Positions 48,001-60,881 of a stretch of DNA of 64,000 nucleotides are shown in pieces. The translations under genes were made by a program, and so were the position numbers. The notes beneath the pieces were generated by a model. It was not told where the DNA came from. It made no database searches and saw nothing but the letters and a program-made list of their open reading frames with translations. This stretch comes from Psammoneis japonica (Eukaryota), in contig QPGO01000133.1 in assembly GCA_008632985.1 (NCBI GenBank), forward strand, positions 124,001-188,000, in the 5' to 3' direction. Each line of letters starts with the position of its first letter. Positions within the stretch are counted from its first letter, which is position 1.

Positions 48001-49000
48001 AGTGACAAATCTTGCAAATTAGAGTCATCACTGGTGCATTGCAACAGAACCTCATCTTCCTCATCTTCTTCTTGATGAGTATTCTTGAGCACCAACATGT
48101 CAACCGAAATCAATTCATGGGGAGAAAGAGTCGTAGTATCACCCAATTGACATAGGGCCTCTTGCATGGCGGTACTTGCAAGAGACCGGTGTGCATTGTG
48201 TGCTAGCCATTGCAAGACTTGATTTAAACTGGGTTGGAGGTACATGTTGTTTTCAGTTGAAAAATCTTGCACAGAAATAAGATTATCCAACAGTACATGG
48301 CAACCCGTCCTCCACGTTGAACCGGTTGAGGTTTGGAAACCTGCGTCATTGGCAATCGTGTAGATCGTCGTACCAAAGAAGCACCCTCGCCACTCTGCTG
48401 TTGTTGCGTTTGGGTGTAATTCCATGCTAGTTGAACTCCAGCACGAATTCGTTGAGCAAGGACCGAGGGAAGTGTACCGGATGATAATGATTTTGTAGCA
48501 GAGTCGTCTTGAAGCAGCAGAGACGATGCACTGCTTGTATAGTAATATCGTGGTGCAGTACAACTACTGGTAGCACCACCACTCAACAAATTGCTACTCC
48601 CACTACTTTCAGCTGTAGAAGAAATTTGTAGTTGCAACTCGTCTTCGAGTGCCGCCACGATGCACAGTTTGGGCAATATTTGAGAGTGTACCAATTGCGC
48701 TATACACGCCTCCAACGCTTGTTGTGCACGCATCTCAAACGTCTGTAACAAAGATGTATCCACCACGATGCTTCCGAGTCGTTTCTTGTACAATTCAAGT
48801 GCTTCCAATACTTCGCTTTCGGTCAGTACTTCATAGCAATTCACTAGAGGAACATTTATACGCCACAGAGCGGGACGACGTTCGTGTCCTTGACAATAGG
48901 CATGAACGGTTCCTTCACTAATCGAACCATTTCGTACGAGACGAACGGGCTGACCAATGTGTGGACTAGCCGTGGTACAAGTCAACCAAGAGGACGCCAT
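45007..49000 (-). CDS. Bromodomain-containing chromatin protein (several frameshifts)
   Basis: GVFLDPVDPVALNVPEYFDIIKRPMDVSTLRKNL...QIFDNAILFNPPDDWIH. A chain of six overlapping minus-strand ORFs runs from MASSW (49000) to 45007. Confidence 0.8.
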
Positions 49001-49563
49001 GGTGCGGTGCGCGTTGTGTGTGTGTGTGAAAAAGATATGGCATTTTGATAATTCAATGAAGAATATTAAAGATTGAAAATATTTTAATAAAAAAATTTAT
49101 AATAAGATTAGATCTTGAGTGCTTCATATCATTCAAATTTATAAAATTTCATATAAATTCATTTATAATTCACAACGTTTGATTGGTCCATAGCTCAGTA
49201 CAATTTTCACGTCCATTTCTACGATAGCGTCTTTGTTTTTTGTGTGTTTCGCCAAAGACCGGCACAACAAGACGAGAAAAAGACTTGTGTGTGTGCCGTT
49301 GTTTGTGTTTGTTGTTGAATTAAACTACGTTGAGTTATCGCTATTATTGTTGATTTACTTCTTGAAGGAACATAGCATCCATATCAATCAATCAATCAAT
49401 CGAAACAAACAAACAATTTTGACATTGATTCCCGACAACACAAAAAGTACTATATCTCCTCCTCTGCGCTAATACAGTCACGATTTATTCCTCGGAACCA
49501 CGCAAACGCACAAGCGGCGTAAGTGCTGCTTCTGATTCATCTACAGACAATACTACTAAAAGC

Positions 49564-50358
49564 ATGGACGAATTTGATGTCCTTCGTCGACAAGCAACCA
49601 AGCTAGAACGACACTTGGAAGATTGTGTAGCAAGGTATCAACAGGTATGTTGTGTAGAAATTGTACTGAATTGTACGTATCGGTATCAAAACAAAATAAC
49701 TCACACACTGTTTTCCAGTTGGCCCAAGGCGTGCCTACTTCCAATGGCAGCAATTCTAGCAATTCTCTCTTGACTAGTTCCACAAATTCCTCCTCCGCTT
49801 TGCCTTCTCTTGCCGAAGAAACGGCCTTGAGGAATGAAACTTCGCGTGTATTGCGAGAATTACAAGAATTGATTTCACAACAATTGTCACCGGCCGCCGA
49901 AGCGTCGGGCAAACAGCAACACGTTTGCTCGTCAAGCGCTATCGTGAAATTTTATTTGATTTGAGTGGAGATTTTCACAAGGCATCTTCGACACTCCAAC
50001 GAAAACGAGAAATGGCACAAATCATGGAACATGCAGCGCAACAAACCAAAACAATAATATCAGTAGTGGCAATTCCGATATGGATCATTTGTTGCGTGAA
50101 CGAAATCATATTGATAATTCCTTGACAGCCTCGTCGGCGGTTCTATCACAAGCGTCCGATATTCGTTCCGATTTAAAGTCACAAGGGTTGTCTCTCAAGA
50201 ATTCCGTTTCAGGTAAAATGATGCAAATCCAAACCAACATGCCCACGGTCAACAAGTTGATGGAAAGCATTTCCAAAAAACGATCAAGAGATGATTATAT
50301 ACTGGCGGGTGTCATTGCGTCGTGTATCTTATTTACCTTGTGGTACTTGTTTGGATAA
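49564..50358 (+). CDS. GOS1: Golgi Qb-SNARE GOS1/GOSR1
   Basis: LRRQATKLERHLE, (V)KRYREILFD, LLRERNHIDNS and KKRSRDDYILAGVIASCILFTLWYLFG tail anchor. Intron 49645-49718; frameshifts at ~49925 and ~50045. Confidence 0.85.
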
Positions 50359-50429
50359 AAAACTACAAAACTATAATCATGTTAGATGATGTGTGTGCAT
50401 TGATTATTTGTACTTGGAAACAGGATAAA

Positions 50430-52422
50430 AGTGCTACATCTACTAGAGAGTGGTTTTTATCTTGTTTGAGTAGTAGAAGTAGTTCTTGCTCTCTGGGTGC
50501 AAAGCCTGGTACAGTGCATGGTTGTTTGTGTCTTGTGTGTTCAATGACACAACAAGAGAATGACCATCTCGTGTCAGAATTTTACAGGACAATGCAGGCG
50601 CTGGGATCCAGATTGCACCACATGTTTTGGAGAAAAAAGGATTGACACACCTTGTGTGTTGGATTGAATGCAGATGCTGTTGATTGTGTTTCTTTTGCAG
50701 TGTCACCTGCTGCTCTTCCATTGAGCCCAAGCTTCAAGATTCTAAATGATCGTGGTGGGGGGGTGGGTGATGCCAAGAATGTGGGAAACAGTGTGCCTTG
50801 TTGCAAAGCCACTCTCAACACTGCCGAGTTTTCCACAACCCAGCTGAGAGCAGCATCCAGTCAACACATGCCCCTCTGCTCAATCACCAGTGCATGGTTG
50901 CAGCATCACAAAGTGCTTGTTTCACCCCCAAAGAAGGGTTGAAAAAAGAGGTTGCAGTTGGTGTGAGGTGAAAGCCAGGGACTGAGAAACAGCAACTGGG
51001 GTCACAAACAAGATTGTCATGCAAGTGCAAACAGAGTGCAGTGTGAGAGGCATTGCCAGTCAAAGAGTCTTGGAAAGTGTGTGGTGAGGAGAGTGTGGCA
51101 GCAGCACACAATGTGCTTCTTGTCTTCTCAAATCAGCAAAGAGGGAGGCTCTGCTGGATCAGTTGAAAAGGATCTTTGTTTGAAAGCCAGAGCAAGCACT
51201 CAACGTCATTCTCATTGCAAAGATCCCAACTTTGCCACCCAACAGACTTTTGCTTTCAATCAAACCAACCAAGAGTCAATGCAAAGTGGCAGATGTGTGC
51301 AAGTTGACTCAATGATTTCTCAAGTGCTGGCTTCTTGACTTGCAGGGCAGTGCTTGTCTCTGACATTTCTTCTCAGCTCCCTTCAATGTGTCTGCACACA
51401 AAGGCTCACATGCCTTTTCAACATGGTCTTTGCAAGGGTGCCAGAAGCTCCCACTCCAAGGCATTGATCAACTTGGACAACATGCTGCTGACAGTGCAAG
51501 AACACTCGCTTGTTCCATGAGCACCAACATCATCATTGGCATCTCACACCAACAGCTCTCTTGGGTTTCACTTTGCTTCCTCAGTTGCTCAACAATGTCA
51601 GATTTTCCCTGATGGCTGACGTGACATCTTCAATGCTTTCACACTCAAGTTCCTCTTTGCATGTCCCATGGAGTTGCCACCTTGCATTGTTGCCCATGTT
51701 GGTGCCCTCTTTGCAAGACTTTTTGACATCAGCCAGCTGCTCACCCTCAGCCTCTGCGTGCATTTCTGTGCATCCTTTCACGCTAATGTTGCCCTTCTCA
51801 GACAGCATTTCACTGGGTCTCACTGGCCTGTTTTGGCCATCTCTGTCAATGGAGCACCCCAATCACAATGTGTTGCTGGTGCATTGAATTTTTTGCACAG
51901 GCTTTCCAGCACAAATTCTGCATGTTCCTGAAATGTCCTTCAATGACCACACAGTCAAATCTCCAACCTGCTTCTGTCCATGCTGATTCACCCTCTCAAT
52001 GGCCTCTGAAAGTGCCATCTCCATTGCAGAGCTCACAAGCATGAACATGTTGTGTCATCCTTTGACATCATTGTTTGACAGTTGTCCATTTGGTGCTGCA
52101 TGTGCTTTGGCATTTCTGCACAAGATCTGGCATTGTTGTTTCTACACACACAGTGAAACATTTCTTCCAACGAGCGACTTGCTGCACCACCGAGTCTTCC
52201 TGTTTCTCACCTCCCAATCCTGGACAAAACCCTCTCTTGCTTTCTGGTGTGCCAAGCTCCCTGCTCTGTGTTGTGAGCTTTCTGCTGTTGTTGCAGTGCC
52301 TCCAGAGGTGTGAAGTTGAGCCTCTTTTTGACAAGGGCAAGTCTGTGGGTTTCAAAAGCAATGTGTTTCTGCCTGCAAAGCAATGCTTTGCAGATGATGA
52401 TGTGTGTCTGAAAACTTAGAAA

Positions 52423-52453
<31 letters not shown>

Positions 52454-55330
52454 GTTGCCATGCCACCAGCCTGTGGCAAGTCCAGCCACTCTAGAGTCAT
52501 TTCTGGCAGTGAAGCTCTGCCCTCCTGTCACACACTGTGGGGACATGTCCACCTTTTGGATTGGCATGCATCTGTGGAACACAATGTCTGAGTTGGAACA
52601 AGCACGCGACAACACTCGCACAATCATTGTGGAACTGCTCCCAGAAAATGAGGCACACAACATCTTCTCAGATTCGCCTGTGCTGCTCCTGGCTTCACGT
52701 TTGGAGGATTGTCATTTTCTGAATGTGACCACTCTTGCAACAATTGTCCTGCCATTCAAAGACAGAAGTGACAAAAGGGACCTCTGCCAGAGATTCATTT
52801 GATGACATGCGCACATGTTCTCGGATTTGCCTGCGCTCGCAGCTCTCTGCGTTGCATTGAGGACAATCATTTTTCTAGAAAGCATTGCAAACAGATGACT
52901 TGCAAATCCCTGCACCAGCTGGATCTGCACATGCCGTGTTGTCATTTTGCAACATGAAAAAGGCATGTGGCTTGTGTGCAACATGCTGTTGCTCAAGTTA
53001 AAATGAGTGCAAGTCACAAAAAGGCCCGGCAAAAGATGGCGCATCGATTGTGAATCGTTGTCATCTCACATGCTGCATGGAGCACAGAGCACAGTGCTGC
53101 TGCTGCTGCAATGAGCAAAGGGACAAAGGGAGGGCAAGCTGCCCCAAGAGATGCTCACATGCTGCAAATGAACAAGTTTCTCTGATTGTGCAGAGGGGCA
53201 AATAGAAGCACCACAGAAAGAGTCATTCTGTTGCTTTCTTGATGCTTGGCAAATGTGCAGGAGTCATGCAGTGGAACTCTTGTCAAGAGGCCATGCTCCA
53301 AAGTTCCTTGTTCATCATCAACAGGGGGTCCCTCCCTGTCCATGTGACCCTTTGTGTCCCGGACATGGAAGATCGGCACCTCCTGCATGAAGGCCAGGAC
53401 TGCACACACGTCAAAGGTGATCAATGCAAGTCAGCAGTGGCAAAGGAGTCAACTCACCATCAAGTGAACAGCTGAGAGAGCCATTGCCATTTAAAAAGTG
53501 CAGCCCAACTCACACACCACAGTTGCAACATTTCCTGGCCACATGAGGACATTGGATGTTAGATCAGAATTCTCAATGGGTGGCACCAGACAATTGATTG
53601 GCTTGCATTCAGGAAGGACTGCTGGAGAGATTGTGCCATTGGAGGAACAGCTCAAGCATCATGGTGGGCCTGTGCTGCTGCACCCTGGACAGCAATCAAC
53701 AGACATTGAAGAGACTGGCACCATCCAGTTGCCATCACAATGACATGAATTCGCAATGGGCGGCACCTTGCAGAATGGGGCACACAAGGGAGGATTCGAA
53801 GGTTCTGTGATGCCCCCTGATGAGCAGGTGAGGTGCTCCTTGCCCACTGAGCCACACCTGCAATCACATTGAATCATCACAGACTCATTGAAAAACAAGC
53901 AATCCCAAAGGAAATCCAAGTTTGGAGTGCAAACCTGGCACCGCGGATTGCAAAAGGGAAGGACAGATGGAGAGAGTGCGCCATCCACTGAGCAGGTCAA
54001 TTCGGCCAGGCCAGTGATGTTGCTCTCTGTGTGACAAATGACGGTCGCTGCAGCTCCGCCTTCCATGACTTTGTCACCAGATTCACAATTTGACAAAGGA
54101 ATTCACAGCACCTGACAATCTTTGCATTGGGGGGAGGGATGATGGCAACAGTGATTGCTCAATGCATGCTGCCACTTCCCCCACAATGCTTGGATCAGTG
54201 AGCCAACGACCTGCTCCCAGGCAATTCTGCATGCCCCCGTTGTTGGAAGACATTTCTTGAGAGAGATGGCGATGGTCAAAGGGTGATCCATTGCCATTGT
54301 TGCTGCAACGAGGATCCTCTGCAAAGGAAAAGCAAAGGATGGCACTGCCATGGGGAAAACAGACGTGCTGCTCATCCTCTGATGCTCCTTCAGCAGAAAG
54401 AGGAGCCATCAGATTCGTTGTCGTCCCTTCGATGTCTTCAGCGTCATGAGCAAGCAAATTGACACTAACACCGCCCTCCATCAAGTCATGCCACATCTTG
54501 GACACATTGCTCAAGCTTTCACAGCAGCATGGTGAATCGACTCCGTCCTCATTCACGTTGTGATGCAGCTCTGCAACAAACGTCTCTCCTTGACTCCGGG
54601 TCGAAACGACTGTCTTGACTCCATCCACAGTCACCAAGACTCTTTCAGATGTTGTTTTTGTCTCCTTGCTTGAGTCAGTAAAGCAGCACACAAGACCTGG
54701 CACACAAATTCCAAGAATTGCTGCAAGAAGCGTTGAGCAATGAGCACAGTTTGCAGTCACTTGTTGGAAGCCTTGAGTTCGTTCTTGAGCTCAATCAAGC
54801 TGGCAACCTTGGAGTTGCTGAGACAGCCGGTGTTCTGAGAGTCCAAGTGTTGCATCTCCATCTTGGTGTCATCCAAGAAGCCCTTCTGACCTTGATCAAA
54901 ATTCCTGGAGACCTCCGAGAGCTCCCTCTTTTGTTCTGCACGGTGGCAAGACGGGTGTCCTCGATTGGAGCGCTCGCGACTTCTTCCATGGCCCCATTTT
55001 TGTTTTGGGTGGAACTCCCTCCTCTTCATCCTTCTCCTCATTGATGTCTTTGTCATCTTTGCGATCGAACGTGTCAGAGAGATCACTCACAATGGTGGGT
55101 TGGAGCAATGAGAGGGTGCTCGATCAATGATTGTTGATCAAATGAACAGTGCCGTGTGATGATTTTACAAGTGCTGCTTTGATGGCTCGAACAGAATGCT
55201 CCCGAAAAGTACACACATCATTTTCTTGGAGATCCCATGCTGGACTTCAATCTACTTCCATGCCTCTGTTTGGAGGGTTTGAGGTTCACCTCACAAAAAT
55301 GTCAGGTGTCAAGCCACGCGATCTATCCGC
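50430..55330. mobile_element. Degenerate TpA/CpG-depleted domain (repeat relics plus dead host gene)
   Basis: About a dozen TA between 50600 and 55100, mostly CTAA/TTAG/TTAA/CTAG. (TG)n at about 52425-52453. Confidence 0.65.
54083..55086 (-). pseudogene. Decayed host-type gene (EF-hand-like pair plus TM helix)
   Basis: NFDQGQKGFLDDTKMEMQHLDSQNTGCLSNSKV, then an in-frame TGA at ~54757, a frameshift, and TM LLAAILGICVPGLVCCF. No Tyr in about 330 codons. Confidence 0.55.
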
Positions 55331-55511
55331 CACCACGACTGAAACGGGATTGATTGACTCTCTCCGGGACTGACGACGAACGACTGCGACGACATCGCCA
55401 AAATAATATGCCTAATACGACCATCAATGCTCGGAGGAAATCCAAGGCGTTGCTTATGAGATCGTTCGTTTCTCATCTCGATCTACCTGTAGATGCCACT
55501 CAAGAACAAAA

Positions 55512-56435
55512 ATGAACTGTTGCTCAGCACGAAAGTTGTCCAATAGCATTGTGAGGATCTTGATTTTAGCTGCATGCTCCGCTCTGATTGCATGCCAATT
55601 TCTGCTGTTTCATAGCAGAACGGCTGTTGAAACGATTGAAATAAAAGGTTTTGTCTATCCGTCCGTCATCTATGGTCATGTTCACATCGCCAAGACAGCC
55701 GGAACAACTGTTAATGGTGAATTAGCAGCTCATTACGAACGTGTGTGCGGACACAAGGGATATTCGTATGATTTTCACAAAGCCAATGAGCGATTTCGCA
55801 AAACCCGTGTCGCAAAGAATACACAAGATACGATTAACAAGGTATGGCGATCCTATAGCCGAATCCGAGTCCCAATGGAAGCAATGCAGGAAATTGGATT
55901 TGAAGATTGTGATTATGTCAGTTTGGAAACAAACTGGACTGCGTGGCCGGAGCTGTTTCAGAATAATTGGACCGTACCGCTGGAATTGCATGTTCCTTGC
56001 CGGGAACCCATTGATCATTTACTATCCTTTACCAATCACTGGAAGAAAACATTTGAATGCGTGGATAGAGACGAGGAGCTTGTGAATGAAACTTTTGTGC
56101 AACAGCAACTTGATTACTCTGTCCGCTTTATGGATCGATTCTCCATGAACTTATTGGACAACTTTACTGTCAAGTGTTTTGATTTTCGAAACGTTTCAGG
56201 TTACCTGGCCTACATGGACAATAAATTACAGAAAAGACGCATCAAGTCTGACTTTGTGCCTCGCGAAACAAACCACCCACGGGACAAATCAAAGGAATGC
56301 TTGTGGGATCATCCGGAATTGCAAAGCATCGCCAAAGCATATCTCCATGAAAAGTACGACTATTACGATTTTTGTAACCGCTGCATTGGCTCAACCAATG
56401 ATCTCTTGGTCGGCGATGCCTTTGTAGGAGCGTAG
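55512..56435 (+). CDS. Sulfotransferase-like type II membrane protein
   Basis: N-terminal anchor, HVHIAKTAGTT (PAPS-binding-like) and CREPIDHLLS (3'-PB-like). Confidence 0.7.
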   Translation: MNCCSARKLSNSIVRILILAACSALIACQFLLFHSRTAVETIEIKGFVYPSVIYGHVHIAKTAGTTVNGELAAHYERVCGHKGYSYDFHKANERFRKTRVAKNTQDTINKVWRSYSRIRVPMEAMQEIGFEDCDYVSLETNWTAWPELFQNNWTVPLELHVPCREPIDHLLSFTNHWKKTFECVDRDEELVNETFVQQQLDYSVRFMDRFSMNLLDNFTVKCFDFRNVSGYLAYMDNKLQKRRIKSDFVPRETNHPRDKSKECLWDHPELQSIAKAYLHEKYDYYDFCNRCIGSTNDLLVGDAFVGA

Positions 56436-57090
56436 TTTGTACTACCTTGCAACGAGAACCCGTAATGGTGGCTCTTTTGCTACTCTGCCAAACCTGTCGC
56501 AATTATACCAGTAGTGTTGGGTGCATTGTCCAATCTATGCTGTGCACAGCATGTGCAAGTGTCACAGAAACAAGAAGCAGCAAGTTAAAGCCAGCTAATT
56601 GTCGAGCCTCTTTTTGTTTTCGGCATGGATGGATCACCTTCCTTATTGTCGACTCTCTTTTTATTTTCGGTATGGATCGCCATCCGATATGTTTTCTAAC
56701 GCAATTTACTTAGCAGACGATGGAGTACCCGTTTGCTAAAAACTAAAAACCAAATCATACGTAGCGACGATCCTAGAGGGTTTCTTAGATGGTACAAACG
56801 GTAGTGACGATGCTGCGTCGATGAATGAGCATAGATTTCACTTTACTAGAAAGTAAAAGTGAGATACGGACGAACAAGAAGTTGTTATTCTATCCGTGTC
56901 GCGGATCTTTACTGATCTAGGTTACCTCTCGAGCTACTGGTATTGAATAAACTTGTCGCTCCCATATTATACTTCAGACAATGCGCACCCATCATAAAGG
57001 CAATCGAATCACATCAATCCTTTTACGAACAAACTGTCGTTACTTTCCGATACAGACCCAGAACCAACTCTGCGTCAACATATGCCTTCT

Positions 57091-58116
57091 CTAAACCACT
57101 GTATGCGGGTTTTGTGTCTCCTCTGGTGGAGGCCATGTCTTCAAATTAGCTCTTGACGGTGCCTCTTCTTTGGCTTGTATAGGAGGCCACTGCTTGAGAT
57201 TGGAACGTGGCTGCTGCTGCTGCACACCTCGTGGTTGCTGACTAGCTGGTGGTTTTTGATTGAATCCCAACAAATCACCATTCTCATCATCAAACGATGG
57301 ACCCACCGTGGCGACAATGACTGGATCTTCTTCTTCTCTTGGTACACTTGCCAATCCAAGCAAATCATCATTCTCATCCTGTGGTTCCGCGTTATTATTT
57401 GTATTTTCGGAAAGGGACAATGCCATGGCCATGGCAATCTCTTCATCGGCTTCGTCTTGATACTCTGCCGTCTTGTTGTCAGCCTGATAGCTCGACGATC
57501 GTCCAGCAATACCCGACTGATCTGCCATGCTCAAGGCAATCGCTGCTTGTACGTGAGGATCCATGGCTTCATTACGAGCAACCGTATCGGGATGAGGCTT
57601 TCGATTCCTCAATGCCGATCCGCGCTTGTATTGTATCTTGCCCTTATTGGGTTGCTTGGTTTTGTTGGAAGAACGACCAAACAACAAGCCACGCTTTTGC
57701 TTTTTCTTTGTTTCTTCTTCTTCCGATGTAGTATCCTCTGTTGTAACTATATCGGCAATTTCAATTTCAGCCAATTGAATATTTGCCATTTTTCTCATTT
57801 CATCCGTGGCATGTTCCACCTTGCTTGCACCCGACGGTGGTTCATCCCAAATTCGGTCACTTGTACGTTGATTGGTATAATAGGAACGAATCGTAAGCTT
57901 GCCCTTGACTTGACAGACTGCCAACGTTTCACACCACGTATCACCATCCGCCTTGACGACAGACGATGATGATGTTATACGTGTGGAACGACGAGCTTCA
58001 AAGATATCGTTTTCTTGATGTTGTTGCAAGGTTGCTGTTGTTTTTTGTTGAGAGGGGGTCGTTGGAACTGCTTCCTGCTGCTGCTGTTTTTTGTCTTTTC
58101 GACGAAGCCTATTCAT
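57091..58116 (-). CDS. Protein with WW-like domain and two UIM-like motifs
   Basis: TWCE...SYYTNQRTSDRIWDEPP; DPHVQAAIALSMAD; DEEIAMAMALSLSE. The start is placed at MNRLRRK. Confidence 0.7.
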   Translation of the reverse strand: MNRLRRKDKKQQQQEAVPTTPSQQKTTATLQQHQENDIFEARRSTRITSSSSVVKADGDTWCETLAVCQVKGKLTIRSYYTNQRTSDRIWDEPPSGASKVEHATDEMRKMANIQLAEIEIADIVTTEDTTSEEEETKKKQKRGLLFGRSSNKTKQPNKGKIQYKRGSALRNRKPHPDTVARNEAMDPHVQAAIALSMADQSGIAGRSSSYQADNKTAEYQDEADEEIAMAMALSLSENTNNNAEPQDENDDLLGLASVPREEEDPVIVATVGPSFDDENGDLLGFNQKPPASQQPRGVQQQQPRSNLKQWPPIQAKEEAPSRANLKTWPPPEETQNPHTVV

Positions 58117-58847
58117 GGTCGTTTCGTTTTGTGTTTCAATAATAAGATCAGTGCCCTGAAACGCAGCCTCGTGCTGCCCGATTTGCTCTCTATCGTATGG
58201 ATATACAGTCCCGTGTGATGGAAAATAAAAAATGCTCCCACGGTTCAAACAGTTTCGAAGTTATGAGATCGTCGGTATCAAGACTTTCTCTCCTTCTGAA
58301 CTGCTCCTACTTTTGATTTTAAAATTGTAGCAAGGTCTGAGCCAGATCTGATATGACTCCAAGAATCTGAACTCTTACGTTTTGTACCCAGAACAAAAGA
58401 GTCAATGCCGTTTTATTTGATGCTGTTCTTATGGCTTCATCGTGACTCAACTATCGGAGGCCTCGCATCTCGCATGCTGTGGCGCTCAAGTCGTGTGGTG
58501 ACTAAAATTTTAAATAATCGTGCTCTGGGCTTTTGATAAAAGGCGAGCATTCATTTTTCTTGGCACATGAATGATGCATTGAAAAATCAAAATAACTGCT
58601 CGCATCACGGCCGCGGCCATTGCAGCATCAAATAGTACCTGGCTGTAGCCTGTAGCTAAGCTCTACTATAGACTATGTTTTTCTCATCGCACAGCAAAAA
58701 GAATCTCTTCACAAACAAGAGGGTAAGAAGAACGGGTACATGTATGAAACAATTTCAGCTATATGCACGTAACACACTAATTTTTGCATTTCGTTTGACG
58801 AGTCCAGCACTGCAATCGTCAAAATCCAATGCACCGCCATTGGAGCA

Positions 58848-60881
58848 TCAGCTTTTGTGGATTTTTTCGTTGAGCTCTTCAATCTTTGATTCGATTTCTT
58901 GTATCTCAAGGTAGATCGGGTCAACGTCCTGGCTGAGCTTCTGGGCTCTCTCCGCCGCTCTCGCTCTTCGCTCCAGTTTGTCCTCCCAGAATTTCAGGTC
59001 CTTTTTGAGATCAGAATTTCCATTGTCTGATGAGATTTCTACATCCTCCTCCTCCTCCAAATAAAGCCGCTGCATTTCTTGGGTTTCCACAGCAGGCTCG
59101 GCGTCACCCGAAGGCTCCCCTCCTTCCAATGCAGGTAACTCGACGGTCGGTCCCTCTATGCTATCGAGATCCACGGTGCTCGAAAAGACAGCAGCTGATG
59201 CTGCAATCACAACAATGGCATTCTTTTCGCTGAGAGCCTGGTCCAGCCTGTAATTGGCAATGGGACCCTTGGCTAGAGAGATACCGTGTTCGACCATTTC
59301 CTGGACCGACAAGTTTCCCACCGTGTTCATGGCCTCCTGTGACACGCCCACATCAGCTGCGACCTTGCGGAGATGCGTCAAGTCACCAAAGTCGGCAATC
59401 TGCGCCAAAGTCAGTTCAACTACACCCTGGAGAGCACTGCCACAGGCTCCAAATGACACAGCATTCAAGACACCCGCGACAAGACTGCAACCAGCCTTGA
59501 CTTTGTTGCGAAAGCGCCAGCTCGATGCAAACTGGTTAAAGGCATTCGCAACCGTCTGGGTGTTGGCTTGTACGTCGTCAATTGCTTCGGCCATGTATCG
59601 CATGTCTTGATGAAGAGCGGCAAGATTATTCTGAAGAATTTCAAATGTAGTAACAACTGCCTGCTGATAAGAATCAAACGCATGTTCCACGCGGTCAATA
59701 CGGGCAGCATTCTGTTGAATAATTGTCTGCATGGCTTGGATATATTCGGTGTTGGCAATATCACATTCGAGGGACGCTACATCAAGTTGATCGTACTGAA
59801 ATCTGGAAATGATATTCTCCGACAAAGCGTACCTCAATCCAACACGATACATGGCGACATGAAAGGGTGACGTACACCAGTCCTTGGCCTTGACAAGAGA
59901 ATTGAAAATCAAGGTTTTGCGGTCACTTGCCGTAATGGTACCAAGGCGATATTGTGCGTTGACGGCTGTACAGTAATATTTGAGTTGAAGAAAGTCCGTC
60001 ATGTCGCTACAAGCGTTCTCAAATATGGGTGCAATGGTTATTGCGTCACCGTCCTTGCTTCTTTGTACGAGCGCTGTCATTTCATCAAAATGTTTATAGA
60101 AGCTTGCTTCGGTCGTTTTTTTTTATAGAATGCCAAAACTTTTGTGAGTTACACAACAGCAACAATGACAACGACGACGACAACAACCAATTAGAAACTC
60201 ACGTTGAGTATTTTGGTTTGCCAATGCCTGTATCTCGTCTCCGCCTTGATCTGCTTGACGATACAATCGATCCGCTTCCACCTCGTTCTTTTCCACACCT
60301 CGTCCATTTCTATAGCACCAACCAAGATTTTTCATTGCATTAGTGTCGCCTTGATTTGCAGCTTGACGATACAACCGAACTGCTTCCGCCTCATTCTTCT
60401 CCACACCTTGTCCATTTTTGTAGCAAACACCAAGATTAACCATTGCAGTAGTGTTGCCTTGATTTGCAGCTTGACGAAACAACCGAACCGCTTCCACGTC
60501 GTTCTTCTCCACGCCTCGTCCATTTTCGTAGCAAACACCAAGATTAACCATTGCATAAGTGTTGCCTTGATTTGCAGCTTGACGATACAACCGAACCGCT
60601 TCCACGTCGTTCTTCTCCACGCCTCGTCCATTTTCGTAGCAAACACCAAGATTAACCATTGCATCAGTGTTGCCTTGATTTGCAGCTTGACGATACAACC
60701 GAACCGCTTCCACTTCGTTCTTCTCCACACCTTGTCCATTTTTGTAGCAAACACCAAGATTGACCATTGCATCAGTGTTGCCTTGATTTGCAGCTTGACG
60801 ATAGCATTCAACAGCTTTTTTGAAATTCTTCCGTTCGTAGTAGTCAACACCACGATTAAACAACTCCACCGCAGTAGGCAT
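58848..60881 (-). CDS. Sel1-like repeat protein fused to a helical/coiled-coil C-terminal region
   Basis: Five full 36-aa SLRs (AMVNLGVCY.NG.GVEKN..EAVRLYRQAANQG) plus a partial one. A predicted intron at 60107-60202 (gtgagt...aag) joins them in frame to ORF 58848..60080. Confidence 0.8.
60245..60805 (-). repeat. 108-bp near-identical coding tandem repeats (Sel1)
   Basis: gccttgatttgcagcttgacga recurs every 108 bp, five times. Confidence 0.9.

Noticed and set aside
57175..57969. 264-aa hydrophobic plus-strand ORF
   Set aside because: Antisense shadow of the WW/UIM gene.
60245..60805. CRISPR-like regular repeats
   Set aside because: Contiguous 108-bp in-frame coding units with no unique spacers; eukaryotic context.
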